From an uncultured bacterium (GTDB lineage: Bacteria > Hydrothermota > Hydrothermia > WGAB01), in NCBI GenBank assembly GCA_964638465.1, contig CAZXAO010000001.1:1-35320 (forward strand): a DNA stretch of 35,320 bases, read 5' to 3'. The position numbers were made by a program, and so were the translations under genes. Position 1 is the first letter of the stretch; every line of letters starts with the position of its first letter. Below the pieces are notes generated by a model. The model saw only the letters and a list, made by a program, of their open reading frames with translations. It did not search any database and was not told the origin of the DNA. Below, one piece after another: positions 8,331 to 17,456 of the stretch.

Positions 8331-10003
8331 GGGCACTGGCCTTCGTTCTGCACAGCCACCTTCCCTATGTGATGCACCACGGCACCTGGCCCCACGGAGC
8401 CGAGTGGCTCTACGAGGCCGCCGCCGAGAGCTACCTGCCCCTGTACCGGGTGTTCCAGAACCTGGCCCGGGAGGGACTCCGCAACCTGGCCACCCTGGGG
8501 ATCACCCCCATCCTGGCGGAGCAACTCCGGATGCCCGAGTTTCAGGAGGGGTTCCGCCGGTACCTGGAGGCCCGGGAGGCATCGGCAGCCGAGGACGAGC
8601 AGACCTTCCGCCGGCTGGGTCAGGAGCACCAGGCCCGGGTGGCCCGTTTCTGGCAGGCCTTTTACCGCCAGGCGCAGGAACACTTTGAGGAGATCCAGGG
8701 GGATCTGGTGGGGGCCTTTGCCCGACTCCAGGAGCAGGGGGTCCTGGAGATCCTCACCTCCGCCGCCACCCACGGCTATCTGCCCCTCCTGGGCCGTGAG
8801 GAAGCCGTCTGGGGCCAGGTCCTGGAGGGGGTCCGGGCGTACCGCCGCCACTTCGGCCGGCCACCCGCGGGGCTCTGGCCGCCGGAACTGGCCTACCGGC
8901 CCGCCTACCGCTGGCGGCGTCCCACCGACGGCCGTGAGATGGACCGCCGCGGGCTGGAACACTTCTATCACCGGGCTGGTCTTCGCTTTTTCCTGGTGGA
9001 TCACCACCTGCTCCAGGGCGGGCGGGCCCTGGGCACCTATCTCTCCCGCTTCCCCGGCCTTCGGGAACTCTGGGAACGGGCCCGTGAAGAACGCGCCTGG
9101 CCGAGCCAGGAACGGGATCCCTACCGGCCCTATTACGCCCTTTCGGAGGGGGCCCGGGGGGCCGTGGCCTTCTTCACGCGGGACCCCCATACGGCCCAGC
9201 AGGTGTGGTCCCGTCAGATCGGGTATCCCGGCGATCCGGCCTACCTGGAGTTCCACAAAAAGCACTTTCCCTCGGGCCACCGCTACTGGCGGGTCACCGA
9301 TGCCCGGGCCGATCTGGCCGACAAGCAGCCCTACGACCCCGAAGCCGTAGAGGCCGTGCTCCGACAACACGCCCACCACTTCGCAGAGCGGGTTCAGGCG
9401 ATCCTGGCCTCCCGACCCCGCGGGGTGGTGGTGAGCCCCTTTGACACCGAACTCTTCGGCCACTGGTGGTTTGAAGGTCCCCGATGGCTGGAGCAGGTCC
9501 TGCGAACCCTGGCAAAGCCGGAATCCCCGGTCCAGCCCACCACCCTTTCCCGGGCGCTGGCCGCCCTGGAACCCCGGGAGGTGGTCCAGTTGCCCGAGGG
9601 GTCCTGGGGAGAGGGTGGGTTCCACTGGGTGTGGTACAACGAGTGGACCGAGTGGACCTGGCGGCACATCCACCGGCTGGAGGACGCCTTCTTTGAGGTT
9701 CTGCCGGGCCTTGAGGCCACGGAACAGGGCCAGCGTCTGGCCCGCCAGATGGCCCGGGAATTGCTGCTCCTGGAATCCTCCGACTGGCAGTTCCTGATCA
9801 CCACCTGGAGTGCCCGGGACTATGCCGAGCAGCGGGTGAGCCGCCATGTGGAGGATCTGGAGCGCCTCCTGCGGATGGCCCGGGACCTACAACACCATCG
9901 TCCCTGGAAGGACCCCGACCTCCGGTTCCTGGAAACCCTGGAGCACCGGGACCGGATCTTTCCTGAGATTCAGCCCTTTGACTGGATGGAGGCAGTCCCA
10001 TGA
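8327..10003 (+). CDS. glycoside hydrolase family 57 protein, probably a 1,4-alpha-glucan branching enzyme
   Basis: The TTG start overlaps the acyl-CoA dehydrogenase stop (TTGA at 8327-8330), with gaagggagg upstream. GH57 hallmarks: FVLHSHLPYV, WPHGAEWLYEAAAESYLPL, ATHGYLPLL, FDTELFGHWWFEGPRWL. The size (558 aa) and the adjacent glgA fit the Thermus/Thermococcus-type GH57 branching enzymes. Confidence 0.85.
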   Translation: MRALAFVLHSHLPYVMHHGTWPHGAEWLYEAAAESYLPLYRVFQNLAREGLRNLATLGITPILAEQLRMPEFQEGFRRYLEAREASAAEDEQTFRRLGQEHQARVARFWQAFYRQAQEHFEEIQGDLVGAFARLQEQGVLEILTSAATHGYLPLLGREEAVWGQVLEGVRAYRRHFGRPPAGLWPPELAYRPAYRWRRPTDGREMDRRGLEHFYHRAGLRFFLVDHHLLQGGRALGTYLSRFPGLRELWERAREERAWPSQERDPYRPYYALSEGARGAVAFFTRDPHTAQQVWSRQIGYPGDPAYLEFHKKHFPSGHRYWRVTDARADLADKQPYDPEAVEAVLRQHAHHFAERVQAILASRPRGVVVSPFDTELFGHWWFEGPRWLEQVLRTLAKPESPVQPTTLSRALAALEPREVVQLPEGSWGEGGFHWVWYNEWTEWTWRHIHRLEDAFFEVLPGLEATEQGQRLARQMARELLLLESSDWQFLITTWSARDYAEQRVSRHVEDLERLLRMARDLQHHRPWKDPDLRFLETLEHRDRIFPEIQPFDWMEAVP

Positions 10004-11448
10004 ACGCCCAGTTGACCGTGTTTTACCTGGCTACCGAGGTGGTCCCCTACGCCAAAACCGGGGGTCTGGCCGATGTGGCCGGCGCCCTGCCCCTGGCCCT
10101 CCGTCAACGGGGGGTGGACATCCGGGTGGTCCTGCCCCATTACCCCCGGTTCACTCCGCCGGATCGCTTCGGCCTGAAGGACACCGGGCTCCGGCTGGAT
10201 ATCTGGCTGGGTGGGCAGAAGCACCCGGCCTATGTCCTGGAGGGCAATCATCGGGGCGTGCCCGTGTACTTCATCGGGAACACCGCCTTCTTTGATCGGG
10301 AATACCTCTACGGTACCCCGGAGGGTGATTATCCAGACAATGCCGAACGGTTCGCCTTCTTTTCCTACGCTGTCCTGGAGTTGGTCCGTCGGCTGGGCCT
10401 CCGGCCCGATGTGTTCCACCTGAACGACTGGCAGACCTCCTTCCTGCCCATTCGTCTGGCTGACCGCCCTGACCCCTACTTCCAGGAGACCCGCAAGATC
10501 CTGACCATCCACAACCTGGCGTACCAGGGCCTGTTCCCGCCCGAGGTGCTGCCGCGCATCGGCCTGAGTTACCACATCTTCCACATGGAGGCCACGGAGT
10601 ACTACGGCCAGTTCAACACCCTCAAGGGCGGCATCGTGTTTTCGGACTTCATCACCACGGTGAGCCCCACCTATGCCCGGGAAATCCAGACCCCCGAATA
10701 CGGCCATGGGCTGGACGGCATCCTCCGGAAACTCTCGGATCGCATCGTGGGCATCCTGAACGGCCTGGACTACGAGGTGTGGAATCCGGCCACGGACCAG
10801 GCGCTGTTCGCCCGCTACACAGCCCGGAATGTACGCAGCGGCAAGCGTCAGAACCGACAGGGACTACTGCAACAGCTGGGATTGCCCGACCTGGGGCTGC
10901 CCCTGGCCGGTATGGTCTCCCGCCTGGCCGAGCAGAAGGGCATTGATCTGGTGGCGGCGGCCCTGGAACGGGCGCCGGACCTGGGATTCCAGTTCGTAAT
11001 CCTGGGGACCGGCGACCAGGTGTACCACGATCTCCTGAGCCGGATCGCCCGGAAACACCCCGAACGGGTGTCCGTGACCCTGGCCTTTGACGCCACCCTG
11101 GCCCGCCGGATCTATGCGGCCTCGGACTTCTTCCTGATGCCCTCCCGCTTTGAACCCTGTGGCCTGGGCCAGATGATTGCCCTGCGGTACGGTACCCTGC
11201 CCATCGTGCGGGCCACCGGCGGCCTCAAGGACACCGTGCTGGATGTTCAACATCCCGAGGGCTACGGCTTCGTGTTTGAACCCTACGAGGCTGGAGCCTT
11301 CCTGGACACGCTGCGGCGGGCCCGGGCCTTCTACGAACGCCGGGCGGAGTTCCTCAGGGCCCTCCGACGGGGCATGAAGCGGGACTTTTCCTGGGATCGT
11401 TCGGCCCAGCGGTACGAGGAACTGTATCGCCGGGCCCGAAACCCATAG
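10000..11448 (+). CDS. glgA: glycogen (starch) synthase, GT5
   Basis: The ATG overlaps the GH57 stop (ATGA). N-terminal signature EVVPYAKTGGLADVAGALPLAL, then HLNDWQT, IHNLAYQG and the C-terminal PSRFEPCGLGQMIALRYGTLPIVRATGGLKDTV. Confidence 0.92.
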   Translation: MNAQLTVFYLATEVVPYAKTGGLADVAGALPLALRQRGVDIRVVLPHYPRFTPPDRFGLKDTGLRLDIWLGGQKHPAYVLEGNHRGVPVYFIGNTAFFDREYLYGTPEGDYPDNAERFAFFSYAVLELVRRLGLRPDVFHLNDWQTSFLPIRLADRPDPYFQETRKILTIHNLAYQGLFPPEVLPRIGLSYHIFHMEATEYYGQFNTLKGGIVFSDFITTVSPTYAREIQTPEYGHGLDGILRKLSDRIVGILNGLDYEVWNPATDQALFARYTARNVRSGKRQNRQGLLQQLGLPDLGLPLAGMVSRLAEQKGIDLVAAALERAPDLGFQFVILGTGDQVYHDLLSRIARKHPERVSVTLAFDATLARRIYAASDFFLMPSRFEPCGLGQMIALRYGTLPIVRATGGLKDTVLDVQHPEGYGFVFEPYEAGAFLDTLRRARAFYERRAEFLRALRRGMKRDFSWDRSAQRYEELYRRARNP

Positions 11449-11458
11449 GGGGACGGCC

Positions 11459-12823
11459 ATGGAACCCTATCCCCTGGAACCCTTCCGCATCAAGATGACC
11501 GAGCCCGTGCGACTCACCTCCCGTGAGGAGCGGGAGAGGCTGCTCCAGGAAGCCGGCTACAATGTGTTCCGCCTGCCCTCCTGGAGCATCCTGGTGGACC
11601 TGTTGACGGACTCGGGCACCGGCGCCATGAGCCAGGAGCAGTGGGCGGCCCTCTTCCGGGGCGACGAGGCCTATGCGGGTGCCCGGAGTTTTGAGCGGTT
11701 CCAGGTGGCGGTCCAGGCGTACACGGGCAAACGCTATGTGCTCCCGGTGCACCAGGGACGGGCTGCAGAGAAGATCCTGGCCCAGGCCCTGATCCAGCCC
11801 CAGGAGGTGGTGATCTCCAATACCTTCTTTGACACCACCCTGGCCAACTTTCTGTTTCGCGGGGCCCGGGCCGTGGAACTGCCGGCGCCGGAATCCCACG
11901 ACTTCACGAGCGACGCTCCCTTCAAGGGCAATGTAGATCTGGCGGCCCTGGAGGAAACCCTGAAGGATCTCCAGCGGAAGGGGCAACGGGTGGCCCTTTT
12001 CACCATGACCATCACGAACAACACCCGCGGGGGTCAGCCCGTCTCCCTGGAGAACCTGCGGCGGGCCGCCGAGATCGTGAAGGCCCACGGCGTGGTGTTC
12101 CACATTGACGCCTGCCGGGCCTCGGAGAACGCCTACTTCATCAAACACCGGGAGCCCGGCCAGGCCCACCGGACGATTGCCGAGATCGTCCGCGAAAGCC
12201 TCTCCTTCGCCGATGTGGTGACCATGAGCACCAAAAAGGACGGTCTGGCCAATGTGGGCGGGTTCATCGCCACCGACCGGGAGGACCTGTACCGGACCTT
12301 CAGCCAGTACCTGGTCCTCTGGGAGGGGTTCCTCACCTACGGGGGGCTCAGCGGCCGGGACCTGGAGGCCATCGCCGTGGGGCTCCAGGAATCCCTGGAG
12401 GAGTCCTACCTGGCGTATCGGATCGGCCAGGTGGCCTACCTGGCCTCCGGGCTCCGGGACCAGGGGGTCCCCGTCTACTGGCCCCCGGGGGGGCACGCCG
12501 TGTATGTGGACGCCCACGAGTGGCTCCCCCAGATCCCACGGGAACAGTTCCCGGGCCAGGCCCTGGTGGTGGGCCTGTACCGGGAGGGTGCTGTGCGGGC
12601 CGTGGAACTCGGCTCCCTGATGTTCGGCAAGGAGAAAACGGTGGAACGCGAACTCGTCCGGATGGCCCTCCCCCGCCGGGTGTACACCCAGCGACACCTG
12701 GACCATGTGCTCCAGACCTTCCAGAGGCTCCGGGAGCACCGGAACCGGCTCCGCGGCTTCCGCATCGTGTACGAACCTCCCTACCTCCGCCACTTCCTGG
12801 CCGAACTGGCCCCCGTGACCTGA
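11459..12823 (+). CDS. PLP-dependent beta-eliminating lyase (tryptophanase / tyrosine phenol-lyase family)
   Basis: EPFRIKMTEPVRLTSREERERLLQEAGYNVFRLPSWSILVDLLTDSGTGAMS and the PLP-lysine region MSTKKDGLANVGGFIAT are typical of TnaA/Tpl. I cannot call substrate specificity (Trp versus Tyr) by eye. Confidence 0.85.
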   Translation: MEPYPLEPFRIKMTEPVRLTSREERERLLQEAGYNVFRLPSWSILVDLLTDSGTGAMSQEQWAALFRGDEAYAGARSFERFQVAVQAYTGKRYVLPVHQGRAAEKILAQALIQPQEVVISNTFFDTTLANFLFRGARAVELPAPESHDFTSDAPFKGNVDLAALEETLKDLQRKGQRVALFTMTITNNTRGGQPVSLENLRRAAEIVKAHGVVFHIDACRASENAYFIKHREPGQAHRTIAEIVRESLSFADVVTMSTKKDGLANVGGFIATDREDLYRTFSQYLVLWEGFLTYGGLSGRDLEAIAVGLQESLEESYLAYRIGQVAYLASGLRDQGVPVYWPPGGHAVYVDAHEWLPQIPREQFPGQALVVGLYREGAVRAVELGSLMFGKEKTVERELVRMALPRRVYTQRHLDHVLQTFQRLREHRNRLRGFRIVYEPPYLRHFLAELAPVT

Positions 12824-12851
12824 CGCTACAAAACCACACAGGACCACCATC

Positions 12852-14300
12852 ATGCATCTCCCACGGCCCGAGATCCAGGGACGCATCATCGCCACCCTGG
12901 GACCGGCCTCCCGGGACCTCCCGGTGATCCGGGCCCTGGCACAGGCTGGCGCCCGGGGGTTCCGGTTCAACTTCAGCCACGGCACCCCGGAACAACACCT
13001 GGAGGCGCTTCAGCGCCTGCGAACCGTGGAACAGGAACTCCAGATGCCCCTGGCAGCCATCCAGGACCTGCCCGGTCCCAAGATCCGGGTCGGGTCCGTG
13101 GCTCAAGACCAGGTGAGACTCCAGCGGGGCCAGCGGTTCCTCCTGTACGACGACGACCGGCCGGGCGACGAGCGGGGCGTCAGCGTCCGCCTGCCGGGTT
13201 TCTGGAAGGCCCTGAACCCCGGCGACCGGATCCTTCTGGGCGACGGCGAGATGGAACTGGAGGTGGTGGACCCGGGTCCACCCGTGGACACCCGGGTGTT
13301 GCGGGGTGGACTGCTCCGCAGTGGCAAGGGCGTAACCCTGCCCTCGGGCCCCTATCTGCCCTCTCTGGGGCCCGAGGATCGCCGACTCCTGGAATTGGGC
13401 CTGAACGCGGGCTTTGACTATGTGGCCCTCTCCTATGTGCAACATCCCCGGGACCTGGAAGAAGCCCGCCGGCTGCTCCAGGACCACCCCACCCGTCTGA
13501 TGGTCAAGATTGAGCGACGGGAAGCCCTGGACCACCTGGAACGCATCGTGGAACTCGCGGATGCCGTCATCGTGGCCCGGGGCGATCTGGGCCTGGCCGT
13601 GGACCTGACGGAGCTGCCCCACCTGCAGCGGCGGATCATCCAGACGGCCCGCCGGCACCATCGGCCCGTGCATGTGGCCACCCAGACCATGGCCTCCATG
13701 GTGGACCTCCCCCGGCCTACCCGGGCCGAGGTCACGGATGTCACCCTGGCCCTGCTGCAGGGAGCCGACGGCATCCTGCTCTCCGACGAGACGGCCGTGG
13801 GGCGGTACCCGGTGGACACCGTGGCCTGGGCCCGACGGATCCTGAAGACGGCCGAGGCACATCTGCGGCCTTCGCCCGTTCCACGCACGGGTTCGTCGCC
13901 CGTGGAGGCCCTGGTGGACGCGGCCGTGGACCTGGCGCACCGGGTGGGAGCCCGGTGCCTGATTGCCCCCACGGCCTCCGGGGCCACGGCCCTGCGGCTC
14001 AGCAGCCGGCGACCCCGGCTGCCCATCTTCGCCGTGACCCCCAGTGAACGGGTAGCCCGTCAGATCCATATCGCCTTCGGCGTGGAGCCGGTCATCGGCC
14101 AGGAGGCCAGCCTCGCCGTGCTGCTGCAGCAGGCCGTTCAGCGGATCCGCCGGTGCGTGCCCGACCTGGCTCCAGAGGACCGGTGCGTGGTGCTGGTGGG
14201 ACTCCCCCTGAAGGTCCGGGGCAACACCAATACCCTGTTGCTCCGCACCTGGCAACAGCTCCAGGAGGGGCAGGGTCTGGACGAAGTCAGCGAGGCTTGA
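12852..14300 (+). CDS. pyk: pyruvate kinase
   Basis: IIATLGPASRD...FRFNFSHGT, DLPGPKIRVG, MVKIERREAL, IVARGDLGLAV and ATQTMASM are canonical PK motifs. 482 aa. Confidence 0.9.
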   Translation: MHLPRPEIQGRIIATLGPASRDLPVIRALAQAGARGFRFNFSHGTPEQHLEALQRLRTVEQELQMPLAAIQDLPGPKIRVGSVAQDQVRLQRGQRFLLYDDDRPGDERGVSVRLPGFWKALNPGDRILLGDGEMELEVVDPGPPVDTRVLRGGLLRSGKGVTLPSGPYLPSLGPEDRRLLELGLNAGFDYVALSYVQHPRDLEEARRLLQDHPTRLMVKIERREALDHLERIVELADAVIVARGDLGLAVDLTELPHLQRRIIQTARRHHRPVHVATQTMASMVDLPRPTRAEVTDVTLALLQGADGILLSDETAVGRYPVDTVAWARRILKTAEAHLRPSPVPRTGSSPVEALVDAAVDLAHRVGARCLIAPTASGATALRLSSRRPRLPIFAVTPSERVARQIHIAFGVEPVIGQEASLAVLLQQAVQRIRRCVPDLAPEDRCVVLVGLPLKVRGNTNTLLLRTWQQLQEGQGLDEVSEA

Positions 14301-14351
14301 AAGCCCGACGGGGATCCGCGACAATAGAGGCCCCCTGGCTGGGCGCGTTCA

Positions 14352-14380
14352 TTGACAGGGGTAGGGGGAAAGCGTACAAT
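14352..14380 (+). promoter_or_regulatory. sigma70-type promoter for rpmJ-rpsM-rpsK-rpsD-rpoA-rplQ
   Basis: TTGACA (14352-14357), an exact 17-nt spacer, then TACAAT (14375-14380). It sits 29 nt upstream of the rpmJ ATG. Confidence 0.65.
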
Positions 14381-14408
14381 TTTCGGCCCTTTTGTCCCGG
14401 AGGTTACC

Positions 14409-14522
14409 ATGAAAGTACGGTCTTCTGTGAAGAAGATTTGCAACAAGTGCAAGATCATTAAGCGCCGTGGCGTGGTCATGGTGATCTGCGAAAACCCCAA
14501 GCACAAACAAAGGCAGGGTTAA
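14409..14522 (+). CDS. rpmJ: 50S ribosomal protein L36
   Basis: Too short for the ORF track. Translation [37 protein letters not shown] matches L36 with its CxxC...C...H zinc motif. SD ggagg upstream. Stop TAA at 14520-14522. Confidence 0.93.
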   Translation: MKVRSSVKKICNKCKIIKRRGVVMVICENPKHKQRQG

Positions 14523-14525
14523 GGC

Positions 14526-14894
14526 ATGGCACGCATTGCAGGTGTGGATATCCCGAGGAATAAGCCCGTCTGGGTGAGTTTGACCTACATCTACGGCATT
14601 GGCCGGTCTACCGCCCGGAAGATCCTGGAGGCCACCGGCATTGATCCCCAGAAGCGGGTCAAAGACCTTACGCCCGACGAGGTCACGAAACTGCGGGCAG
14701 AGACGGAGAAGTACAAGGTGGAGGGTGCCCTTCGTGCGGAGGTTCAGCGGAACATCAAGCGGTTGATTGACATCGGGTGTTATCGGGGTCTTCGGCACCA
14801 GGCCGGGCTGCCCGTTCGGGGGCAGCGGACCCGGCACAACGCCCGGACCCGTAAGGGCCCCCGGGGCAACATCTTCAAGAAGAAGCGGAAGTAA
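14526..14894 (+). CDS. rpsM: 30S ribosomal protein S13
   Basis: [39 protein letters not shown]... is canonical S13. Confidence 0.97.
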   Translation: MARIAGVDIPRNKPVWVSLTYIYGIGRSTARKILEATGIDPQKRVKDLTPDEVTKLRAETEKYKVEGALRAEVQRNIKRLIDIGCYRGLRHQAGLPVRGQRTRHNARTRKGPRGNIFKKKRK

Positions 14895-14897
14895 GCC

Positions 14898-15290
14898 ATG
14901 GCAAGGAAACGACTCACCAAGAAGAGGAAGCGCACCCGGAAGGTGGACAGTTTTGGCATTGCCCACATCAAGTCCACCTTTAACAACACCATCATCACCA
15001 TCACGGATGTGCACGGCAATACGATCACCTGGGCATCTTCGGGTACCGTTGGCTTTACCGGAACGCGGAAGGGCACGCCCTTTGCGGCGTCGCGGGCTGC
15101 CGAGAAGGCCGCCCGGGAGGCCCGGGAATTGGGCATGCAGCAGGTGGAGGTCCAGGTGAAGGGCCCGGGTCCAGGCCGGGAGGCCGCCATCCGGGCGATC
15201 CAGGCGGCGGGCCTCCAGGTGGTGGCCATCAAGGATGTGACCCCGATCCCCCACAACGGTTGTCGGCCACCGAAACGACGGAGGGTGTAG
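14898..15290 (+). CDS. rpsK: 30S ribosomal protein S11
   Basis: [30 protein letters not shown]...[16 protein letters not shown] is canonical S11. Confidence 0.97.
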   Translation: MARKRLTKKRKRTRKVDSFGIAHIKSTFNNTIITITDVHGNTITWASSGTVGFTGTRKGTPFAASRAAEKAAREARELGMQQVEVQVKGPGPGREAAIRAIQAAGLQVVAIKDVTPIPHNGCRPPKRRRV

Positions 15291-15296
15291 CGAACC

Positions 15297-15929
15297 ATGG
15301 CACGATACACGGGTCCGAAATGTCGTCTCTGTCGCCGGGAGGGTGAAAAACTCTTTCTGAAGGGCGACAAGTGCTTTACCGAAAAGTGCCCCTTTGAGCG
15401 GCGTCGGTATCCCCCCGGGATGCACGGTCCCTCACGGTCCCGGCGGAAGATGTCCATCTACGGCCTGCAGCTCCGGGAAAAACAAAAGGTCAAACGCATT
15501 TACGGCGTGCTGGAGGGTCAGTTCCGGCGGTTCTTTGAGCGTGCCCGCACCATGGGCGGCAACACCGGTGAGAACCTCCTGGTCCTCCTGGAGCGGCGGC
15601 TGGACAATGTGGTGTATCGCCTCGGTTTCGCCAGCAGCCGATCCCAGGCCCGGCAGTTCGTGAGCCACGGTCATGTGCGGGTCAATGGCCGCAAGGTGGA
15701 CATCCCCTCCTACCTGGTGAATGTGGGGGATCGCATCACCCTGGACGACAAGATGCTCAAAAATCCCTATGTGCAGGCCTCACTGGAGGCCAAGGACCCC
15801 CAGAATGTCGTTTCCTGGCTCAGCCTGGACAAGAGCAAACCCGAGGGTACCGTGCTCCGGATGCCCACACGCGAAGACATCACGCATCCCATCAAGGAAC
15901 GGCTCATCGTGGAGCTGTACTCCAAGTAA
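15297..15929 (+). CDS. rpsD: 30S ribosomal protein S4
   Basis: [36 protein letters not shown] (zinc-finger-type S4 N-terminus), then [34 protein letters not shown]. Confidence 0.97.
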   Translation: MARYTGPKCRLCRREGEKLFLKGDKCFTEKCPFERRRYPPGMHGPSRSRRKMSIYGLQLREKQKVKRIYGVLEGQFRRFFERARTMGGNTGENLLVLLERRLDNVVYRLGFASSRSQARQFVSHGHVRVNGRKVDIPSYLVNVGDRITLDDKMLKNPYVQASLEAKDPQNVVSWLSLDKSKPEGTVLRMPTREDITHPIKERLIVELYSK

Positions 15930-15943
15930 CGAGGTGAAGATCC

Positions 15944-16939
15944 ATGCGCAAGTTTGAGGTCCCCCGGGGCATCCAGATTGAAGAGGAAACCCCCACCTAT
16001 GGCCGGTACACCCTGATGCCCCTGGAACGGGGGTACGGGATCACCGTGGGCAACGCCCTGCGGCGGGTGCTCCTCTCGTCCATCCAGGGGGCAGCCATCA
16101 TCGCCCTGAGGATTGAGGGCGTGCCCCACGAGTTCACCGCCATAGAGGGCGTGCTGGAAGATGTGCCGGACATCGTGCTGAACCTGAAGAAGGTCAGGTT
16201 CCGGTTTGATGTCCCTGAGGTGGACCAGGCCACCGCCTTCATCCGTAAGGAGGGGGCCGGCGAGATCAAGGCCGGCGACATTGAAACCCCGGGCGAGATG
16301 GAAGTGGTCAACCCGGACCAGCACATCGCCACGCTGACCAAGGACGACGCCCGGTTCTACGCCGAGCTCGTGGTGGCCCGCGGTTGGGGGTATCAACCCG
16401 TGGACGAGATCCCCAAACACCAGTTCTCCACGGGCCACATCTTTCTGGACGGGGTGTTCTCGCCCGTGGTCAAGGTGAACTTCACCGTGGAGAACATCCG
16501 GGTGGAGGAACGCACCGACTACGAACGACTGAACCTGGAGATCTGGACCGATGGCACCCGGAAACCCTGGGAGGTGCTGCAGGAGGCCACCCGGATCCTG
16601 CTGGATCACTTTGAACGGGTGACCCATCCTGTGAAACAGGCCCTGGTGGAAGCCGAACAGGACTACGGCGAACGCGAACGCATGAAGGCCATGCTGCTGA
16701 AGGACCTGGATGTGCTGGAGCTCAAGGTGCGGACCGCGAGTTTCCTGAAGGAACAGGGGATCCAGAGCATCGCCGACCTGGTGTCCAAAACCCCCGAGGA
16801 ACTCCTGAGGATCAAGAACTTCGGCGAGAAGTCCCTGGAAGAGGTGCAGGAGAAACTCCAGCACCTGGGCCTGTCCCTGGGCATGGATGTGAGTAAGTAC
16901 CTCAAGGAGATGGAAGATGAGGCACAGGAAGAGGGTTAA
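15944..16939 (+). CDS. rpoA: DNA-directed RNA polymerase subunit alpha
   Basis: The N-terminal domain has PLERGYGITVGNALRRVLLSSIQGAAI and EGVLEDVPDIVLNLKKV. The C-terminal domain has LELKVRTASFLKEQGIQSIADLVSKTPEELLRIKNFGEKSLEEVQEKL. Confidence 0.96.
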   Translation: MRKFEVPRGIQIEEETPTYGRYTLMPLERGYGITVGNALRRVLLSSIQGAAIIALRIEGVPHEFTAIEGVLEDVPDIVLNLKKVRFRFDVPEVDQATAFIRKEGAGEIKAGDIETPGEMEVVNPDQHIATLTKDDARFYAELVVARGWGYQPVDEIPKHQFSTGHIFLDGVFSPVVKVNFTVENIRVEERTDYERLNLEIWTDGTRKPWEVLQEATRILLDHFERVTHPVKQALVEAEQDYGERERMKAMLLKDLDVLELKVRTASFLKEQGIQSIADLVSKTPEELLRIKNFGEKSLEEVQEKLQHLGLSLGMDVSKYLKEMEDEAQEEG

Positions 16940-17342
16940 GAAACTGGGGCGCGATGCCGAACATCGGAAGGCCCTGCTGCGGAACCAGGTGATCTCCCTG
17001 CTGGTCCACGGCAAGATCCAGACCACCCTGGCCAAGGCCAAGGAGACCCGCCGGTGGGCCGAGCGGATGATCACCCTGGGCCGTCGGGGCGACCTGCACG
17101 CCCGACGCCTGGCCCGCCAGTTCCTCGTGGACCGGAAGGTGACCAACTACCTGTTTGAAGAGGTGGCGCCCCGGTACAAGGCGATCCCCAGTGGCTTCAC
17201 CCGCATCTACCGCCTGGGCCGTCGCCGGGGCGATGGCGCCCAGATGGCCCTGCTGCAGCTCGTTCCGCCAGAGGAAATCGGTGGGTCCGGGACCGCAGCC
17301 ACCCCGGCGGCGGAATCTTCCACGCCGCCGGCATCCGAGTGA
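16917..17342 (+). CDS. rplQ: 50S ribosomal protein L17, with a low-complexity C-terminal tail
   Basis: MRHRKRVKKLGRDAEHRKALLRNQVISLLVHGKIQTT is the canonical L17 N-terminus. SD aaggag lies 7 nt upstream. The start is 23 nt inside the rpoA 3' end. The C-terminal tail is Pro/Ala/Ser-rich. Confidence 0.93.
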   Translation: MRHRKRVKKLGRDAEHRKALLRNQVISLLVHGKIQTTLAKAKETRRWAERMITLGRRGDLHARRLARQFLVDRKVTNYLFEEVAPRYKAIPSGFTRIYRLGRRRGDGAQMALLQLVPPEEIGGSGTAATPAAESSTPPASE

Positions 17343-17365
17343 TCATGGTCTGTGCACCCAGTCAG

Positions 17366-17395
17366 GGGCCCCGCCCGCTGGGCGGGGCCCTTTTT
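17366..17395 (+). terminator. rho-independent terminator of the alpha operon
   Basis: gggccccgccc-gct-gggcggggccc (11-bp GC stem) followed by TTTTT. It begins 24 nt after the rplQ stop. Confidence 0.85.
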
Positions 17396-17456
17396 GTTGC
17401 CGCCGGGAACCCCTCCGCCGGCCCCGAACTCTAAGATCCCTGACCGGAGGAACCCC

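Noticed and set aside
8192-9847. 551-aa minus-strand ORF
   Set aside because: It is antisense to the GH57 gene, low-complexity (Pro/Gly/Leu-rich), and has no start-site signals.
12348-14324. 658-aa minus-strand ORF
   Set aside because: It is antisense to the lyase and pyruvate kinase genes, which have unambiguous family motifs. Its own translation is Gly/Pro/Arg low-complexity.
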